DNA of 64,000 nt from Candidatus Bathyarchaeota archaeon. Its GTDB lineage: Archaea > Thermoproteota > Bathyarchaeia > 40CM-2-53-6. The position numbers were made by a program, and so were the translations under genes. Where the stretch lies: positions 896,001-960,000 of the forward strand of contig CAVTBR010000001.1 in NCBI GenBank assembly GCA_963733055.1, in the 5' to 3' direction. This document shows, one piece after another, positions 20,092 through 28,877 of this stretch (within the stretch, counting starts at the first letter, position 1; each line of letters opens with the position of its first letter). The notes beneath the pieces were generated by a model, which saw nothing but the letters and a program-made list of their open reading frames with translations, did no database searches and was not told where the DNA came from.

Positions 20092-20766
20092 CTACCGCCT
20101 TCGTATTCTTCCTAAAAGCAATGGATCTGGGATGTCTAGGGTCTTGAACGCTGACTGGCGGTTGTTGCAGCCGCGGCATTTTCCGCATGGTGTCTTGGAG
20201 TTTTGGTAGCAGCTCCAGGTTAATTGAAGTGGGACCTTCAATTCTAACGCGAGTTTGAGCACTTCCTTCTTGTTGAGGTTGATTAAGGGGTTGACCGTTT
20301 GGATCACGAGACCTTCATTTCCCGCTCGTGTCCCAATGTTTATCAACTCATTCATGCGTTGAATGAACGTCGGCCGAGCGTCAGGAAGCTCCTTCGCATC
20401 ATCAGCATTTGAACCAAAAACTATCTTGCTCGCCTTGAGCGTTTCCGCGTAGGCAGCTGCGATGCCGTAGAAGATTATGTTTCGTGCTGGAACATAGGCA
20501 GAAGATATTTTCAAGGACGGGTCTGGCTTATACCGCTTTTCGATGTCCTTGAAGAATGGAAGGAGTATGCTGAAATGTTCTCTTACGTGTGCTGCCCGGG
20601 CGAGCTTTCTTGACGCTTCGGCTTCGCTGTCGTATGACCGAGCATAGATCATGTTCATGGTGTAGATATCATCAGTCTGCTCTTTCGTCAAGTAGAGTGC
20701 GGTCGCAGAGTCGATTCCACCCGATAAGAGCACAAGCGCCCGAACCACACACAACCACCCCAACAA
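20092..20766 (-). CDS. queC: 7-cyano-7-deazaguanine synthase
   Basis: LLSGGIDS, YVPARN, PDAR, TWSCY...PCGKCRGC. Confidence 0.93.
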   Translation of the reverse strand: MLGWLCVVRALVLLSGGIDSATALYLTKEQTDDIYTMNMIYARSYDSEAEASRKLARAAHVREHFSILLPFFKDIEKRYKPDPSLKISSAYVPARNIIFYGIAAAYAETLKASKIVFGSNADDAKELPDARPTFIQRMNELINIGTRAGNEGLVIQTVNPLINLNKKEVLKLALELKVPLQLTWSCYQNSKTPCGKCRGCNNRQSAFKTLDIPDPLLLGRIRRR

Positions 20767-20884
20767 GAGCCTGGGGACTCGTAGATTTCTCGGTTTTGTA
20801 TCTTCTCACTCATTCTTCCATCTAGGGCTTCATCGGTGTCGTCGTCGAAATGGTCGAGGCGTATTCTAGTTGGTTGTTATGGTT

Positions 20885-20933
20885 ACAATTTCTACCTGTG
20901 GCCCCTGGGGGGGCATAGTTTTCTATGGCGCGT
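20885..20933. repeat. Degenerate direct repeat, copy 1 (identical 24-bp core GGGGCATAGTTTTCTATGGCGCGT at 20910-20933)
   Basis: Core identical to 26916-26939; upstream flank also aligns; contains a CATAG-TTTT-CTATG inverted repeat. Confidence 0.9.
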
Positions 20934-21570
20934 GGGTCAGCTGCCCTGGGTGGGGGGCTTCGCGTGTCGGAGTTGGTTGGAGGGGGGGTTTTGGTTTGGG
21001 TGGGTTGTTCTGGGCGGATTTCGGTGAGTGGAGTGAGTGGATTTTCGATAGGGTAGGGTAGAGTAGAGTGGAGTTTGGGTGTCTTTCTGCTGGTGGCTTG
21101 CTAGGTCAGGTTCCCCAGCAAAGGCCAAGATGGCAATCCGCGTGTTTTCCTTTCAAACATTCGTCGCACGAGCACTCGCAGTCGGTTTCATATTCCGACC
21201 CGACACCGTACTCCAACTCGACTTCGCTCACGACCCCGAACCCCAAGCCGTTTCATGCAACCAGACTAAAGCCCACTTTGTTACCACGAACCCCGAGGGT
21301 GAGTGACACGATGCAACCTAGGAAGATGGGGGCTTAGGGAACGAATTGGGGTGAAGGCTTAGGGATACGTCAACTGAAGTGTTTCGTTGAATTTTCTACG
21401 TATGCCACCCATGAGATTAAGGCGTCCCATGACCCCGTAGCTTCCTTTCGAACTGAACCTGTGAGGGTTGCCTAATCAGAAAGTTGGCGTTTCCAGGTAC
21501 ATTGAGGATGTGGATGATTTGGGACGTCGTTGCCTCTTCTGGAGGAGCGTGTAAGAACGTGCAATCGATG

Positions 21571-21653
21571 CTGGCAGTAACCGAAGACGTGGAAAAGGCT
21601 ATTGAACCCGAACGAAAGAAACGTGTGTTGGGTTCAATCCCCGAAACCGCCAG
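21571..21653 (+). other. Possible degenerate tRNA-like element
   Basis: T-arm-like TTGGG-TTCAATC-CCCGA (21628-21644), closing stem CTGGC/GCCAG, D-loop-like GTGGAAAAGGC; no recognisable anticodon stem. Confidence 0.25.
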
Positions 21654-21688
21654 GGTCATTCTGGGTGAATACCTAGCCCGTTCAGAAA

Positions 21689-22195
21689 ATGAGCACAAAA
21701 CACGAACTAAGGCGAAGACAAGAAGACGGCTGGATACTGGATGGGGACCAGCGGGTCATATCGTTCAGAATCAAAACTTTCCAAGCAATGCTTGACCACC
21801 TTCGCTCTATAGCGGGGCCAAAGGTAGCGAATACAGTTCTTAATCAAATTGGAGAAGAGATAGGACGCGCAACATTCGAATACTCAAAGAATGATATAAA
21901 ATCAGAAAATCACTGGAAGATTTTGGATGAGGTTCTCAGCGTGGGCGGTTGGGGCAGGTGTATTAGCGTCAACAGAATCAATCACGAGCCCTACGTCACC
22001 TATGCTTACACTATAAGAGACTGCCCAGTATGCTACGGCCAGAAAGCCGCGGAACCGATGTGTGACATTGTTCGCGGGATCGTCACAGGTTGGCAAGAAT
22101 CCATCGTAGGGAGGAAGGCTGAATCAGCTGACGAAACGCGTTGTACCGCTACCGGAGCAGCGTTCTGCATTTTCCATATATCATTCAAGAATTGA
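21689..22195 (+). CDS. V4R (4-vinyl reductase) domain protein
   Basis: GWG, CPVC, PMC...RG...G, E.RC.A.GA..C.F pattern. Confidence 0.88.
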   Translation: MSTKHELRRRQEDGWILDGDQRVISFRIKTFQAMLDHLRSIAGPKVANTVLNQIGEEIGRATFEYSKNDIKSENHWKILDEVLSVGGWGRCISVNRINHEPYVTYAYTIRDCPVCYGQKAAEPMCDIVRGIVTGWQESIVGRKAESADETRCTATGAAFCIFHISFKN

Positions 22196-22399
22196 AAATG
22201 AACCAGTCAGTTAACAGCCCAAAAGAACCCCGGTTTTTCGCGCGTGAGCTGTCATCTTGACAGAACCCACGTCCAAATGACCTGAAGACGCTGTTTCTTT
22301 GGACATTTTCATTGCCTCCTCGACCGTAGCGCCAATATATCCGGACAGAAGGTCAGCCGTCCGCTTCGCGGTCATCTAACCTGCTTGGATTGATTTGCC

Positions 22400-23191
22400 A
22401 TGGGAGCTGAAGAAAGTGATATCACCGCTCTCCGCAGGCTAGGTTTGACCGAATACGAGTCGCGACTCTACCTAGCCCTTCTGAAGATGGGCCCAATCAA
22501 AGCTAGCCAACTCAGTTTTTTCGGGCAGGTTCCACGAACAAAGACTTACCATTCGATAAAGGAACTTGAGCGTAAGGGATTAGTCAGCATCTCCCCTGGA
22601 AAACCAGAGATCTATTCCCCACGCTCCCCCATGGAAGTCCTAATGCCCATTGTTACGAGGCTGGACCACGACGTTAAGGATTCTGAGCAGGTCGTGCAGT
22701 CACTTGCGATGACTTATGAATCTAGCAAGTATGTGAAGCGCGATACTCCTAAGCAGTCGGATCAGTTTTGGCAGTTGGATGGCAGACAGAGCATATACAA
22801 TAAACTGAACCAACTCATGAACGACGCCTCACACTCCATCAACTACTCAACAACCTCAGCCGGCCTAATTCGAGCATACAGAGTCCACGCTAACGCACTT
22901 GAACACGCGGCCAAAAAAGGAGCAACAGTGAAGCTACTCGCCCCAGTCACAACAGAGAACTCTGCGCTGGTGAATGAGTTCTCTGAAATCGTCAAATTCA
23001 AAGCTACCCAAGAACCGCTCGCAAGCTTCGTCTGCGTAGACTCTAAGGAATTGGTTGTTCTCGAAAGTAGGCCGGATGACGTCAGAACCGATCAAGGGTC
23101 CGATTTTGCAGTGTGGACCACGAACAGGCTCCTCGTGGAGCTCTTCGAGAAGCTCTTCGAAGAGGTCTGGCGGAATAAACCCGAGAAGTAG
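22400..23191 (+). CDS. TrmB-family transcriptional regulator
   Basis: LGLTEYESRLYLALL, VPRTK.Y, L..KGLV wHTH, plus C-terminal effector domain (VDSKE). Confidence 0.92.
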   Translation: MGAEESDITALRRLGLTEYESRLYLALLKMGPIKASQLSFFGQVPRTKTYHSIKELERKGLVSISPGKPEIYSPRSPMEVLMPIVTRLDHDVKDSEQVVQSLAMTYESSKYVKRDTPKQSDQFWQLDGRQSIYNKLNQLMNDASHSINYSTTSAGLIRAYRVHANALEHAAKKGATVKLLAPVTTENSALVNEFSEIVKFKATQEPLASFVCVDSKELVVLESRPDDVRTDQGSDFAVWTTNRLLVELFEKLFEEVWRNKPEK

Positions 23192-23593
23192 ACTAAACGG
23201 TCCGCCTGATTGTTGATCGACAACCAAACCGATCCCGCTCAAATATCTCCTGAGCTTAGCCGCCCATGACGTGAATCTTCTTAATCGTAGCGAATGCTCT
23301 CATTCTGCACGCGCGAGCGAGTTCATCATTCTAAAGCTCGGTGCCCATGAATTGGTGGAGTTCACGGATTAAGGACAGCCCCTTTCTCTTGCCATCCTCA
23401 GCGTTGACCGGTCGCCTCAGAATGGCTTCCACTCCTTTCGATTGTTTCTCGCTCAAATTATGCAGCCCGTAATCCGGATTAACCCGACGCAGTCGACCCT
23501 CTGATCCTGCCTCGTTACTACACTTTTACCTTTCCGTAGGTTCCCGTGCGTCATACTTTTCTAAGGGGAGACTGAGACCTTCGCGCGAAGCCT

Positions 23594-24067
23594 TTGGACT
23601 CCTTCATCCAGATCGACGAGAAGGAATGGAAAGCGTTTCTTGAGCAACTCTCTCAATTCGAGAAGAAGTATGGATCTCTGCTCAATATGCTGGACATGGA
23701 TGAGAGCAGGCTTCAGGCATTAGCTACACCCGAACAGAGAAAGGTGGAAAGTGTAGAAGCCTCGAGGCAGGAATCTGTGAAGAATCCGGAGAAGCATCAA
23801 GCCGAGCAAGTTAAGATGGGCTTTGTGAGTCGATTGAAGACGAAGCTTGAACACGTCGGTAATGCTTCGACGGGGACGGGCATCCGACAAGGGATTCTCA
23901 ATAAGTCGCAAGCCTTCGCGTCCTGTAGCCGATGTGGGTTCCAGATACTGCAGCCCACCAGATTCTGCCAGCGCTGTGGCGCCGATTTCGGAAAATTGTT
24001 GTGTTCTTGTGGGCGCGAGTTAGGTGCTGGGGATAAGTTCTGCGATCGTTGCGGGCGTGCGTTATGA
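23594..24067 (+). CDS. Double zinc-ribbon protein with N-terminal coiled coil
   Basis: CSRCG..FCQRCG..CSCG..FCDRCG C-terminus. Confidence 0.8.
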   Translation: MDSFIQIDEKEWKAFLEQLSQFEKKYGSLLNMLDMDESRLQALATPEQRKVESVEASRQESVKNPEKHQAEQVKMGFVSRLKTKLEHVGNASTGTGIRQGILNKSQAFASCSRCGFQILQPTRFCQRCGADFGKLLCSCGRELGAGDKFCDRCGRAL

Positions 24068-24104
24068 AGTTGGAGGAGTCGAGCGGTTTGTGAGGGCCGA
24101 TCTG

Positions 24105-24383
24105 TTACTTTGAGATTCGCTTGTCTGCCTCTTTTGCCAGCCGAGACATAATTTCCCGAGCCTTTCTCAGGGAATCATCAGCCTGACGAGTATTATTGGC
24201 CATGTTTGATTCTATGGAGCCAAGCCTCGCCTTTGTAGCCTGAAGTTCATCCCGTAACTGTTTGTTCTCGTTTTCAAGCTGGTCGATCTTGTTCATGAGT
24301 GCTTGGGAGCGGTCGAGCAGTTTCTGGTTTTCTGCGAGGAAGCCCTCGAATTCCTTTCGCTCAACCGTAACTCGATCTGACAT
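24105..24383 (-). CDS. Small coiled-coil protein
   Basis: Continuous heptad pattern over about 80 aa; ATG start. Confidence 0.7.
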   Translation of the reverse strand: MSDRVTVERKEFEGFLAENQKLLDRSQALMNKIDQLENENKQLRDELQATKARLGSIESNMANNTRQADDSLRKAREIMSRLAKEADKRISK

Positions 24384-24508
24384 AAGCGATCAAGCAGTCA
24401 GCTCATTTGCTGGGATATGAGCCATACGGTCTGCTTACTTCTTGCATGACAAAAACAAAGTCAAAAACCGATTGACCGAACAGCTTCCTTGCTTGTTCGT
24501 GTCCTAGG

Positions 24509-25219
24509 TTAGGTGGAGGAGGATGATTGGAGGAAGACGGTGACGGGTGTGAATTGGTCTTGGACGCCATCTGGCAACGTTACGAAGGCTGGAGCGCTTC
24601 CTTGGGCTAGGACATGTAGAGCGTAGAGGTCGAGGGTTGAGAGGTTCGGTACCTGCGCAATCCTTTCTGGGGTGTACCTTGGCTCCATGATGTCTTTGCC
24701 GTCGAGGATGCTGCCCAACCCCAGAATCCTGCCCAGCTCATGTAACGCGAGCCAAAACGCATACCGCCTCGCAGTCGCGTTACTGCCTTGCGCGTCATTG
24801 AAGACTGTTGGCGTCAGGTAGGTTTGGGTTGAGGTTACCGAAGTTCGCGAACCGGCCGCATACTTGTAGGTCGTCCAGCCAACCGCGATTGAAGCGACCG
24901 CGGCGGGCATCGAGAAACTTACGGTCGAGGTTGCGGTTCCGTCGTCTGTCTCAACGAAATTGTACAGTGTCGCGGTTGGGTTGTTCTGTAGGTTCCAGAG
25001 CTGCGCTTTGTTCCAGGCGATCATTGCGTTCAGAACGACGTCATGCGCCCATTTTGGCGTCGTGGGGATGTAGATTTTGATCGTCAGAACGGAGTAACGT
25101 CCGTTGATGGGGATGGAGGGTTGAGCGGCATGGACCGGGGTCAGAGCTGCGAGTGTGATTAGGAGTAGCGGGATGCTGTAGCTGGCAGCCTTAGTTAACC
25201 CCATCTTTCTTCTAGACAA
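24509..25219 (-). CDS. Secreted matrixin/metzincin-like protein with degenerate zinc motif
   Basis: Signal peptide, A...WN, HELGRILGLGS (vs HExxHxxGxxH), Met-turn DIMEP, LS..D..AL. Confidence 0.75.
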   Translation of the reverse strand: MSRRKMGLTKAASYSIPLLLITLAALTPVHAAQPSIPINGRYSVLTIKIYIPTTPKWAHDVVLNAMIAWNKAQLWNLQNNPTATLYNFVETDDGTATSTVSFSMPAAVASIAVGWTTYKYAAGSRTSVTSTQTYLTPTVFNDAQGSNATARRYAFWLALHELGRILGLGSILDGKDIMEPRYTPERIAQVPNLSTLDLYALHVLAQGSAPAFVTLPDGVQDQFTPVTVFLQSSSST

Positions 25220-25761
25220 TTTTATGAAGTCGTCTAGAATGGGTCAGTGTGACGGTTCTATGGACGAGAGCAGTAACATTTCTGTGGCATACAGCGTTAC
25301 TAGCAAAACCTCTACTCATGAATCAATCAGGTAACGCATCCGTGATTGTCACTAGCCCCTCCGAGAGTTGAGTGACACAAAGACGAGGTTCACAGAACGC
25401 CAGCATGGCTCAAGAACCGCATGCGTAACCTACGAAAAGCTGTTCAGTAGTTCGCGCGGGCGTCGGACGCGTTCCGGCGCTTCAGGCGCGATTGAACGCC
25501 AGCGTTCGACTAATTCACCGTTGTCACCGCTCTGTGCCCCACCCTGTTGATCCTGATTGCGCGCAAAGCCCGAAAGGTCTCCTTCGTCGGTTCGTCAATG
25601 AGCAGATCGGCACGGACTTAGTGTTGGACGAATACATCGAGATTGGTCGCGCTAGCGGATGACCTAGAAGATTACTCGCATATCTTCTGTCACGGATAAT
25701 TCCGGCTGGAAGTCACACGAAGCTTACCCCATTCTCCCATAGTACAAGCGACCGATCGGAC

Positions 25762-26004
25762 ATGCAAGCATCCTGGACCGACGCCCTTTGGGCGACAATG
25801 TCGCACGGCAAATACTACACTATGAACGACCTAGCAAATATTACCGAACAACCCCGAAGCAGTGTAGCTGAAGTGCTGAAGTTCCTAACGAAATACGGTT
25901 TCGTTCGCCGCATTGGCGTGAACGAGCCGGTCTTCACGAAATCTTCGGCCAAGTTCTCCCCAACAGAATCAATCAACCTACTCAAGTGCATCGCAAAGCC
26001 ATAA
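25762..26004 (+). CDS. Small winged-helix DNA-binding protein
   Basis: YTMNDLA..T...RSSV.EVLKFLTKYGFV wHTH pattern. Confidence 0.6.
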   Translation: MQASWTDALWATMSHGKYYTMNDLANITEQPRSSVAEVLKFLTKYGFVRRIGVNEPVFTKSSAKFSPTESINLLKCIAKP

Positions 26005-26130
26005 CCTTCCGCAACATCAGCCTCTTCATTCCGATAACCAATACGTCCGGTTTTGTCTGTTCCGGGCTTGTCTTCGACGGTGGCTCTGTCTTAATCGGTA
26101 ATCATAAAAGCGAAAGCTTCACTGTTTTTC

Positions 26131-26874
26131 ATGGTTATCATGGTTCGCATCAAGTATCTCATCACTGCGCTCATCTTGTTAGTTCCTCTCCTTTCAGCCG
26201 CTCAGATCGTGCAGAGCCAACAGTACTCAACAACAACCGTCACGACGCTGTTAACGGGTAGCCAAGCGAGCACTGTAACACTTGGAACCCAGACGTTGAC
26301 GACGTTTCAGGGAGGGTCGACCCCGGTCTTTGCTGGTGCCGTTACGATACCTCCCACGCATGGAGTGTGTGGTATCTACTTTGTCCAAGCTTTCAACGGC
26401 ACCTCGAATCAGGTTCTCACTGGATCCGTTACTGCTAACAGTAACGTTGATGTTTACCTCATGACTGCGCCGGCGTTTCAGGCTTGGAGTCATCAGGTTG
26501 TAGCTGGGGGGACGTGCACTCCCGCGAGCTTGGTCGCGAGTCAGAAGGCGACGATGTCTTACAATTTCACGGTTACGATTCCTTCAGTTGGTGTCTATGA
26601 TTTGGTTGTGAACAACCTGTCGCACTCGACCGTTGTTGCGCAAGTGAACGCCAACCTCTCCACGTCCGCACCCACACTGGTCACAGTAGTCGCCTACTCC
26701 ACCATGAGTCAGCAGATGGTTCAAACGGTGATGCAGACTTCTACTGCGACCATGCAGCCGACGAGTGGCGGGCCGGACCCCACAACCCTAGCAGCCCTAG
26801 GGCTAGTAATCGTAATCATCGCGGCCGTAGCATATTTTGCGATGAAGAGACGAGGCAAGACGGGGAAGAAGTGA
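26131..26874 (+). CDS. Thr-rich exported protein with C-terminal membrane anchor
   Basis: Signal peptide, Thr/Ser-rich linkers, C-terminal TM followed by KRRGK. Confidence 0.75.
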   Translation: MVIMVRIKYLITALILLVPLLSAAQIVQSQQYSTTTVTTLLTGSQASTVTLGTQTLTTFQGGSTPVFAGAVTIPPTHGVCGIYFVQAFNGTSNQVLTGSVTANSNVDVYLMTAPAFQAWSHQVVAGGTCTPASLVASQKATMSYNFTVTIPSVGVYDLVVNNLSHSTVVAQVNANLSTSAPTLVTVVAYSTMSQQMVQTVMQTSTATMQPTSGGPDPTTLAALGLVIVIIAAVAYFAMKRRGKTGKK

Positions 26875-26889
26875 CTCTAGGTAAGAGTG

Positions 26890-26939
26890 ACCTTTTCCAC
26901 CAGCGACCCCTTGGAGGGGCATAGTTTTCTATGGCGCGT
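26890..26939. repeat. Degenerate direct repeat, copy 2 (core 26916-26939)
   Basis: 24-bp identity to 20910-20933. Confidence 0.9.
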
Positions 26940-27056
26940 TGCTGGCGGTGGGTTCTTCGAGCTCTGTTCGTTTTGCTTCCGTGATGTTCCCGCCCCAGAC
27001 CTTAGAAAGAGGAAAATGATCTCGCAATGACATGCCTCATATCGAGCAAAAGTTAT

Positions 27057-27073
27057 GTATTGCAATGTAATAC
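27057..27073. promoter_or_regulatory. Imperfect palindrome GTATTGCA-A-TGTAATAC, candidate TA operator
   Basis: Ends 10 bp upstream of the antitoxin ATG. Confidence 0.4.
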
Positions 27074-27082
27074 GTCGTATGC

Positions 27083-27385
27083 ATGGCCCAGAAAACGGCA
27101 ATAGTCACACTGCGCCTCTCACCCCGTGAAGCAAGACGAGTAAGCGCGGTTCAAGCGTTGACGCACCTGGATAAGGCAACACTCCTGAGGGATTTCATCG
27201 AGGACGGGTTGAGGAGGAGAGTCCTAGAATCCTACAGGGAAGGCCACATCACGTCCCAGAGGGCGGCCGATGTACTTGACATTCCCCTACGAGAATTCCT
27301 CAGCCTGCTGGAGAAGAATGGAATAGTTGTCAACTGGGACAGCGACCCAATCCGCGACTACATGACTAAACGCTACGGCGAATAA
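27083..27385 (+). CDS. UPF0175-family antitoxin (RHH + HTH)
   Basis: VTLRL...DKATLLR, Y..G.IT..RAA..L.I....F...L...GI. Confidence 0.85.
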   Translation: MAQKTAIVTLRLSPREARRVSAVQALTHLDKATLLRDFIEDGLRRRVLESYREGHITSQRAADVLDIPLREFLSLLEKNGIVVNWDSDPIRDYMTKRYGE

Positions 27386-27388
27386 CCC

Positions 27389-27928
27389 GTGCCCGCCGTC
27401 GCCGACTCGGGCCCACTAATCCACCTAGCCCAGACAAATCAAATCCACCTGCTCAAACGCATCTTCGGAACAATAATCATCGTCCCCGTCGTTAAGCATG
27501 AAGCGGTGGACCAAGGAGGATTGTACCCTGACGCCAAACTTGTGGCAGACGGATTACAAGAGGGCTACATCACCGTCCGCAGACCCAATAGACAAATTTC
27601 AAACCGAGCCTCAAGACTCGCAAGGCAAGAGAAGATTTCCGAGGCCGACGCACAAACACTCCTCCTAGCCAAAGCCCTGAGAAAACCACTGCTAACAGAC
27701 GAGAAGATTCTTTCGACGCTGGCAAAGATGTACGGCCTTGAAGCCTGGAACACCTGGACGATCCTCTTGGAAGCCTTAAGAACGAAGAATATTGAGAAAC
27801 ACGAAATCCACCAAGCCATTAGCGAACTCGGAGACAGAAGACACAAACTCTCCCCCACCTACACGAAGCAGATCCTTGATGCCGCGGACCGAATCACCGC
27901 ATCGAAGACCAACAACCAAAGCAACTAG
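27389..27928 (+). CDS. PIN-domain toxin (DUF3368-like)
   Basis: VADSGPLIHLA, V..EAV, LLTDEK; paired with the UPF0175 antitoxin. Confidence 0.85.
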   Translation: MPAVADSGPLIHLAQTNQIHLLKRIFGTIIIVPVVKHEAVDQGGLYPDAKLVADGLQEGYITVRRPNRQISNRASRLARQEKISEADAQTLLLAKALRKPLLTDEKILSTLAKMYGLEAWNTWTILLEALRTKNIEKHEIHQAISELGDRRHKLSPTYTKQILDAADRITASKTNNQSN

Positions 27929-28113
27929 CCAACGAAACTTAACCCCGAACAAAACCCACAGCTGAAACGCTAGGGTTTTGAAAATCAAAACGGTTGAGTC
28001 TCTCACTCTCTCTATGCCACCCAAACCTAACCACCCCTTATCCCACCCCTGAACACGGATCAGCCATATTCTGAATCTGTAAACCCCGTAGAGTTGGGAG
28101 TGAACGATAGGAA

Positions 28114-28467
28114 ATGGGACGTGGGAAGTGTAGGAGTTTGCTCCTCCTTACCCAAGAAGAGGCACACCGCCTAACCGACGCCCTAACCCCCTACCACATA
28201 TCAAAAAGCTTCATCATCCAAGAAGCCATCCAGCTCGGATTACAAACCCTAGACCACACAAACATTCCCGGGCCAAGAAGCAGAATACTCCAATTTCGTC
28301 TCCCCGCCAAACTCCACAAGAGGGTAAGAGAACTGGCTCAGGAACGGCACATTAGCCAACAAAGCCTCATCCGATATTTCCTCTTCACATACCTCTCCCA
28401 GTTGGAAAGAAAGAGCACCCCCCTAACAAAAGCCCGAAGCCACAACAGGAGAGGCGGTAGCTGTTGA
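28114..28467 (+). CDS. Tandem ribbon-helix-helix DNA-binding protein
   Basis: Two RHH-like repeats (ISKSFIIQEAI; LQFRLP..L..RVRELA....ISQQSLIR). Confidence 0.65.
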   Translation: MGRGKCRSLLLLTQEEAHRLTDALTPYHISKSFIIQEAIQLGLQTLDHTNIPGPRSRILQFRLPAKLHKRVRELAQERHISQQSLIRYFLFTYLSQLERKSTPLTKARSHNRRGGSC

Positions 28468-28877
28468 AGTTCAGGCATAAATCAAAATGGCAAGAGGCTG
28501 GCCCGATTAGAATCGCAACCTCCGACGAAGACAAACCCGAACACGAGCGGTTGAAGAAGGGAATCATCAAACTCCTCAACAAGTTCGGAGGATACGAACC
28601 CGACCTCGACGATATCTTCGTCGAAGAGATCGCCTCCTCCACCATATACTACAAGAAAATTGAACAATTCCTAGATACCGCCTCCGCAACCGAATACACC
28701 TACGCCAGCATCGCCGACTCTAAACTGAAATGGCAAAAAACCATCCAAACCGCCATGCGCGAACTCGCATTAACTCGCCGCGACCGCCTCGACCAAAAAG
28801 ACCAAACCAACTTCACCCGACAACTTCAGGAAGCCATAGACAAAGCGAAAAAGGCAAAGAAACATTGGGCGATCTAG
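28464..28877 (+). CDS. Putative terminase small subunit (helical hypothetical protein)
   Basis: Size and position directly upstream of, and overlapping, terL; MRELALT..DR resembles the ELGLTP.SR motif of P27-type TerS. Confidence 0.5.
   Translation: MKFRHKSKWQEAGPIRIATSDEDKPEHERLKKGIIKLLNKFGGYEPDLDDIFVEEIASSTIYYKKIEQFLDTASATEYTYASIADSKLKWQKTIQTAMRELALTRRDRLDQKDQTNFTRQLQEAIDKAKKAKKHWAI

Noticed and set aside
20092-20766. QueC as part of a Dpd/QatABCD defence or DNA-modification system
   Set aside because: It is a canonical-length QueC in a housekeeping context with no dpdA, qat or TatD neighbours.
20836-21795. Several short ORFs (e.g. 20836..21027, 21068..21337, 21484..21795)
   Set aside because: They are low-complexity or overlapping frames with no recognisable motifs; treated as non-coding.
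25531-25616. Riboswitch or hammerhead ribozyme (closing stem TCTGTGCC/GGCACGGA, CC-GAAA-GG, CTGATTG, CGCAAAGCC)
   Set aside because: Motif order and cores do not fit hammerhead (CUGANGA) or c-di-GMP-I consensus, and inner pairing is weak; an Infernal search would be needed.
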